A DNA stretch of 25,286 nucleotides from a virus (Duplodnaviria; Caudoviricetes). The DNA lies in IMG/VR virus record IMGVR_UViG_3300025018_001617, positions 1 through 25,286 of that record. One strand, given 5' to 3'. The notes under the pieces were generated by a model. The model was not told the origin of the DNA. It saw only the letters and a list, made by a program, of their open reading frames with translations, and made no database searches. Positions 23,554-25,286 of the stretch are shown in pieces (positions within the stretch are counted from its first letter, which is position 1; each line of letters begins with the position of its first letter). The position numbers and the translations under genes are program-made.

Positions 23554-25286
23554 ATGAATTTCCTATCAGGTTTATGGGGGGGTATCAAGAATGTTGCGTC
23601 CACTGTTGGTGGCGCCCTAGGTAATACCGCATCTGCAATAACAGGTGCTCTTAACATTACTGGCCCACTCAACCCCTCTCCCAACGCCACTAAACCAGAC
23701 CCTCTGAAAACTGGAACGCTTTCTTTTTATGAAGACAAAGCCGATGGCACATCAGTAGGTACGGGGTCTTATAATCGTGCAACAGGTCAATACACTAAGA
23801 ATACAAATATTATTTCTGGTGGAACGACTTTCTACGATGCTCAAGGTGGTCAGAATAACGCTTATAACCTCCACGCAGCTGGTGGGGTTCGCCCATCTAC
23901 ATACACTGGTCAATCACAAGCACCAGTCTGGACAGCACCAGTAGACCAATTTGGCAGAGAGTCTAATAAAAACCAAGGTAATCCTTACATAGATGCTAAG
24001 GGTAATTATATTACTCCTAAAGTAGGTTTTGAAGGTCTAACAGGTTCTGGTGGTTCAGGATTTACAACAGCTAATTCAACTCCTTCTACAAGCTTCCAGG
24101 GAGCTGTGGGTGAGGGTGCTTCTGGATATCGAGGGGGGGGCGGTGGAACAATGAGTTCTCTTATTGGCCAACCAGAATCAGATGAAGAAGAAAGGGAGAA
24201 TGATAAAGGCGGAACTCAGACAATCGGCTCGGTAGAAGATAGAACCAACCAGATGACTGGTAGTGCTTTAGCTGGAATGTCAGAGGGCGTTCCGACTGGA
24301 CCAGAAGTTCCAGAACTTCAGCCCGTTATTGATGCGGGTTGGGTACAACAAATGACTGAGGCTGTGGGACAAATGGAAGGCTATGGTGGAGCAGATAGAC
24401 AACAGGTTTTACTTGATATTGGAGATAAACTCCAGTCTGCATATCAGAACCTCGCTGTTCAGGCACAGGAACGCCCACCAATGACCGAAGACTCCCCTGA
24501 AAGGCTCGCCTTCCTTGAATCTCTACAGAACCCAGAAGAAAAGAATGCAATGATTAGTGCTCTTGACCGATATGAAGCACAAAACACCAGCCTCATAAGG
24601 GATGAGGCACAGTTGGATATATTGAAGAAACAAGTACGAGCCACAGACGAGATATTTACAGCACAGATAAACGAAATCAAGGATAACCCCAACCTCCCCA
24701 AAGCTCTCGCTAGAAAAAAAGTAACCGACCTTCTCACAGTAAACGAAAGGGCTATGAAGAATGTAATGACTAACATTGGTGATTTGGAGATGAGTATAAA
24801 TAACCAACGAAGACAGGTGGATATGGCATTTGATATATACCGAGAGACTAAGGATGATTACCGTTACCAGCAGAAGTTAGTACAAGACCAGATTGACCGA
24901 TACCTCAAGAACCCGGCCGCCTTCTCAGTAATGAGCAACGCAGACCTAAAGGCCTTCTCACAAGCATCCGGTATGTCCGTAGCCTTCCTGAAGGCAGAAG
25001 CCGAAAAAGCTATCACCAAGAAGCAGGATATAGAGAAGATAACCGATGAAAGGACGGGTGAGTATGTCTACTACGACCTAAATGATATTGGTAAGAATGG
25101 TAAACCAAAAGAACTCTACAGACTTCCTGGTGGTAAGGGTGGATCTGGCGGTGTCTCTAGTGTAGATACATTTGCTCAAGCTTATCTTGACGGTCAAATA
25201 GATATCACGAGTGTTCCCCAGAATGAAAGGGCTGCTGTCTTGGCGAAAGCTAATGAACTAGCAACCGCAGCACTCAATCAGCCAGA
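23554..25286 (+). CDS. Putative DNA ejection / internal virion protein (partial, runs off the window end)
   Basis: Not in the ORF track. ATG at 23554 gives MNFLSGLWGGIKNVASTVGGALG..., open to the window end. G/S/T-rich N-half, helical C-half; follows the tail genes. Confidence 0.7.
   Translation, partial: MNFLSGLWGGIKNVASTVGGALGNTASAITGALNITGPLNPSPNATKPDPLKTGTLSFYEDKADGTSVGTGSYNRATGQYTKNTNIISGGTTFYDAQGGQNNAYNLHAAGGVRPSTYTGQSQAPVWTAPVDQFGRESNKNQGNPYIDAKGNYITPKVGFEGLTGSGGSGFTTANSTPSTSFQGAVGEGASGYRGGGGGTMSSLIGQPESDEEERENDKGGTQTIGSVEDRTNQMTGSALAGMSEGVPTGPEVPELQPVIDAGWVQQMTEAVGQMEGYGGADRQQVLLDIGDKLQSAYQNLAVQAQERPPMTEDSPERLAFLESLQNPEEKNAMISALDRYEAQNTSLIRDEAQLDILKKQVRATDEIFTAQINEIKDNPNLPKALARKKVTDLLTVNERAMKNVMTNIGDLEMSINNQRRQVDMAFDIYRETKDDYRYQQKLVQDQIDRYLKNPAAFSVMSNADLKAFSQASGMSVAFLKAEAEKAITKKQDIEKITDERTGEYVYYDLNDIGKNGKPKELYRLPGGKGGSGGVSSVDTFAQAYLDGQIDITSVPQNERAAVLAKANELATAALNQP

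Noticed and set aside
4359-24807. Numerous antisense or nested ORFs in the track (e.g. 4359-4808, 6133-6609, 8222-8614, 14945-15334, 23192-23485, 24459-24776)
   Set aside because: They are shadows of well-supported plus-strand genes and have no recognisable motifs.
1-25286. Alternative genetic code (stop codon reassignment)
   Set aside because: Long genes are intact in code 11, and TAA, TAG and TGA all end genes at sensible boundaries, often as coupled overlaps.

Overview
This is about 25 kb of a tailed dsDNA phage genome (Caudoviricetes, probably podovirus/P22-like because no tape measure or tail tube gene is evident). No host genes or integrase are visible. Positions 1-2953 hold a minus-strand early cassette: a DUF6745-like tandem-repeat protein, an SSB-like protein, an HTH protein and a chain of tiny coupled ORFs. 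From 3156 onward there is a plus-strand morphogenesis operon: terS, a small DNA-binding protein, terL, portal, scaffold, major capsid, adaptor, fibre/LamG proteins, nozzle, a Gly-rich protein and a probable ejection protein. Three things stand out. (1) The major capsid gene is split by a 650-nt group I intron carrying a LAGLIDADG endonuclease. (2) A complete rare-sugar synthesis and transfer cluster (three glycosyltransferases, GNAT, methyltransferase, dehydratase, DegT/perosamine-type aminotransferase) sits between the capsid and adaptor genes, suggesting self-encoded virion glycosylation. (3) Two intron-less HNH endonucleases sit between short direct repeats. One splits a glycosyltransferase in antisense orientation while leaving an open sense frame that ends on the restart codon; the other appears to have captured the start of the LamG gene. 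Functional calls come from motif recognition by eye, with no database searches.
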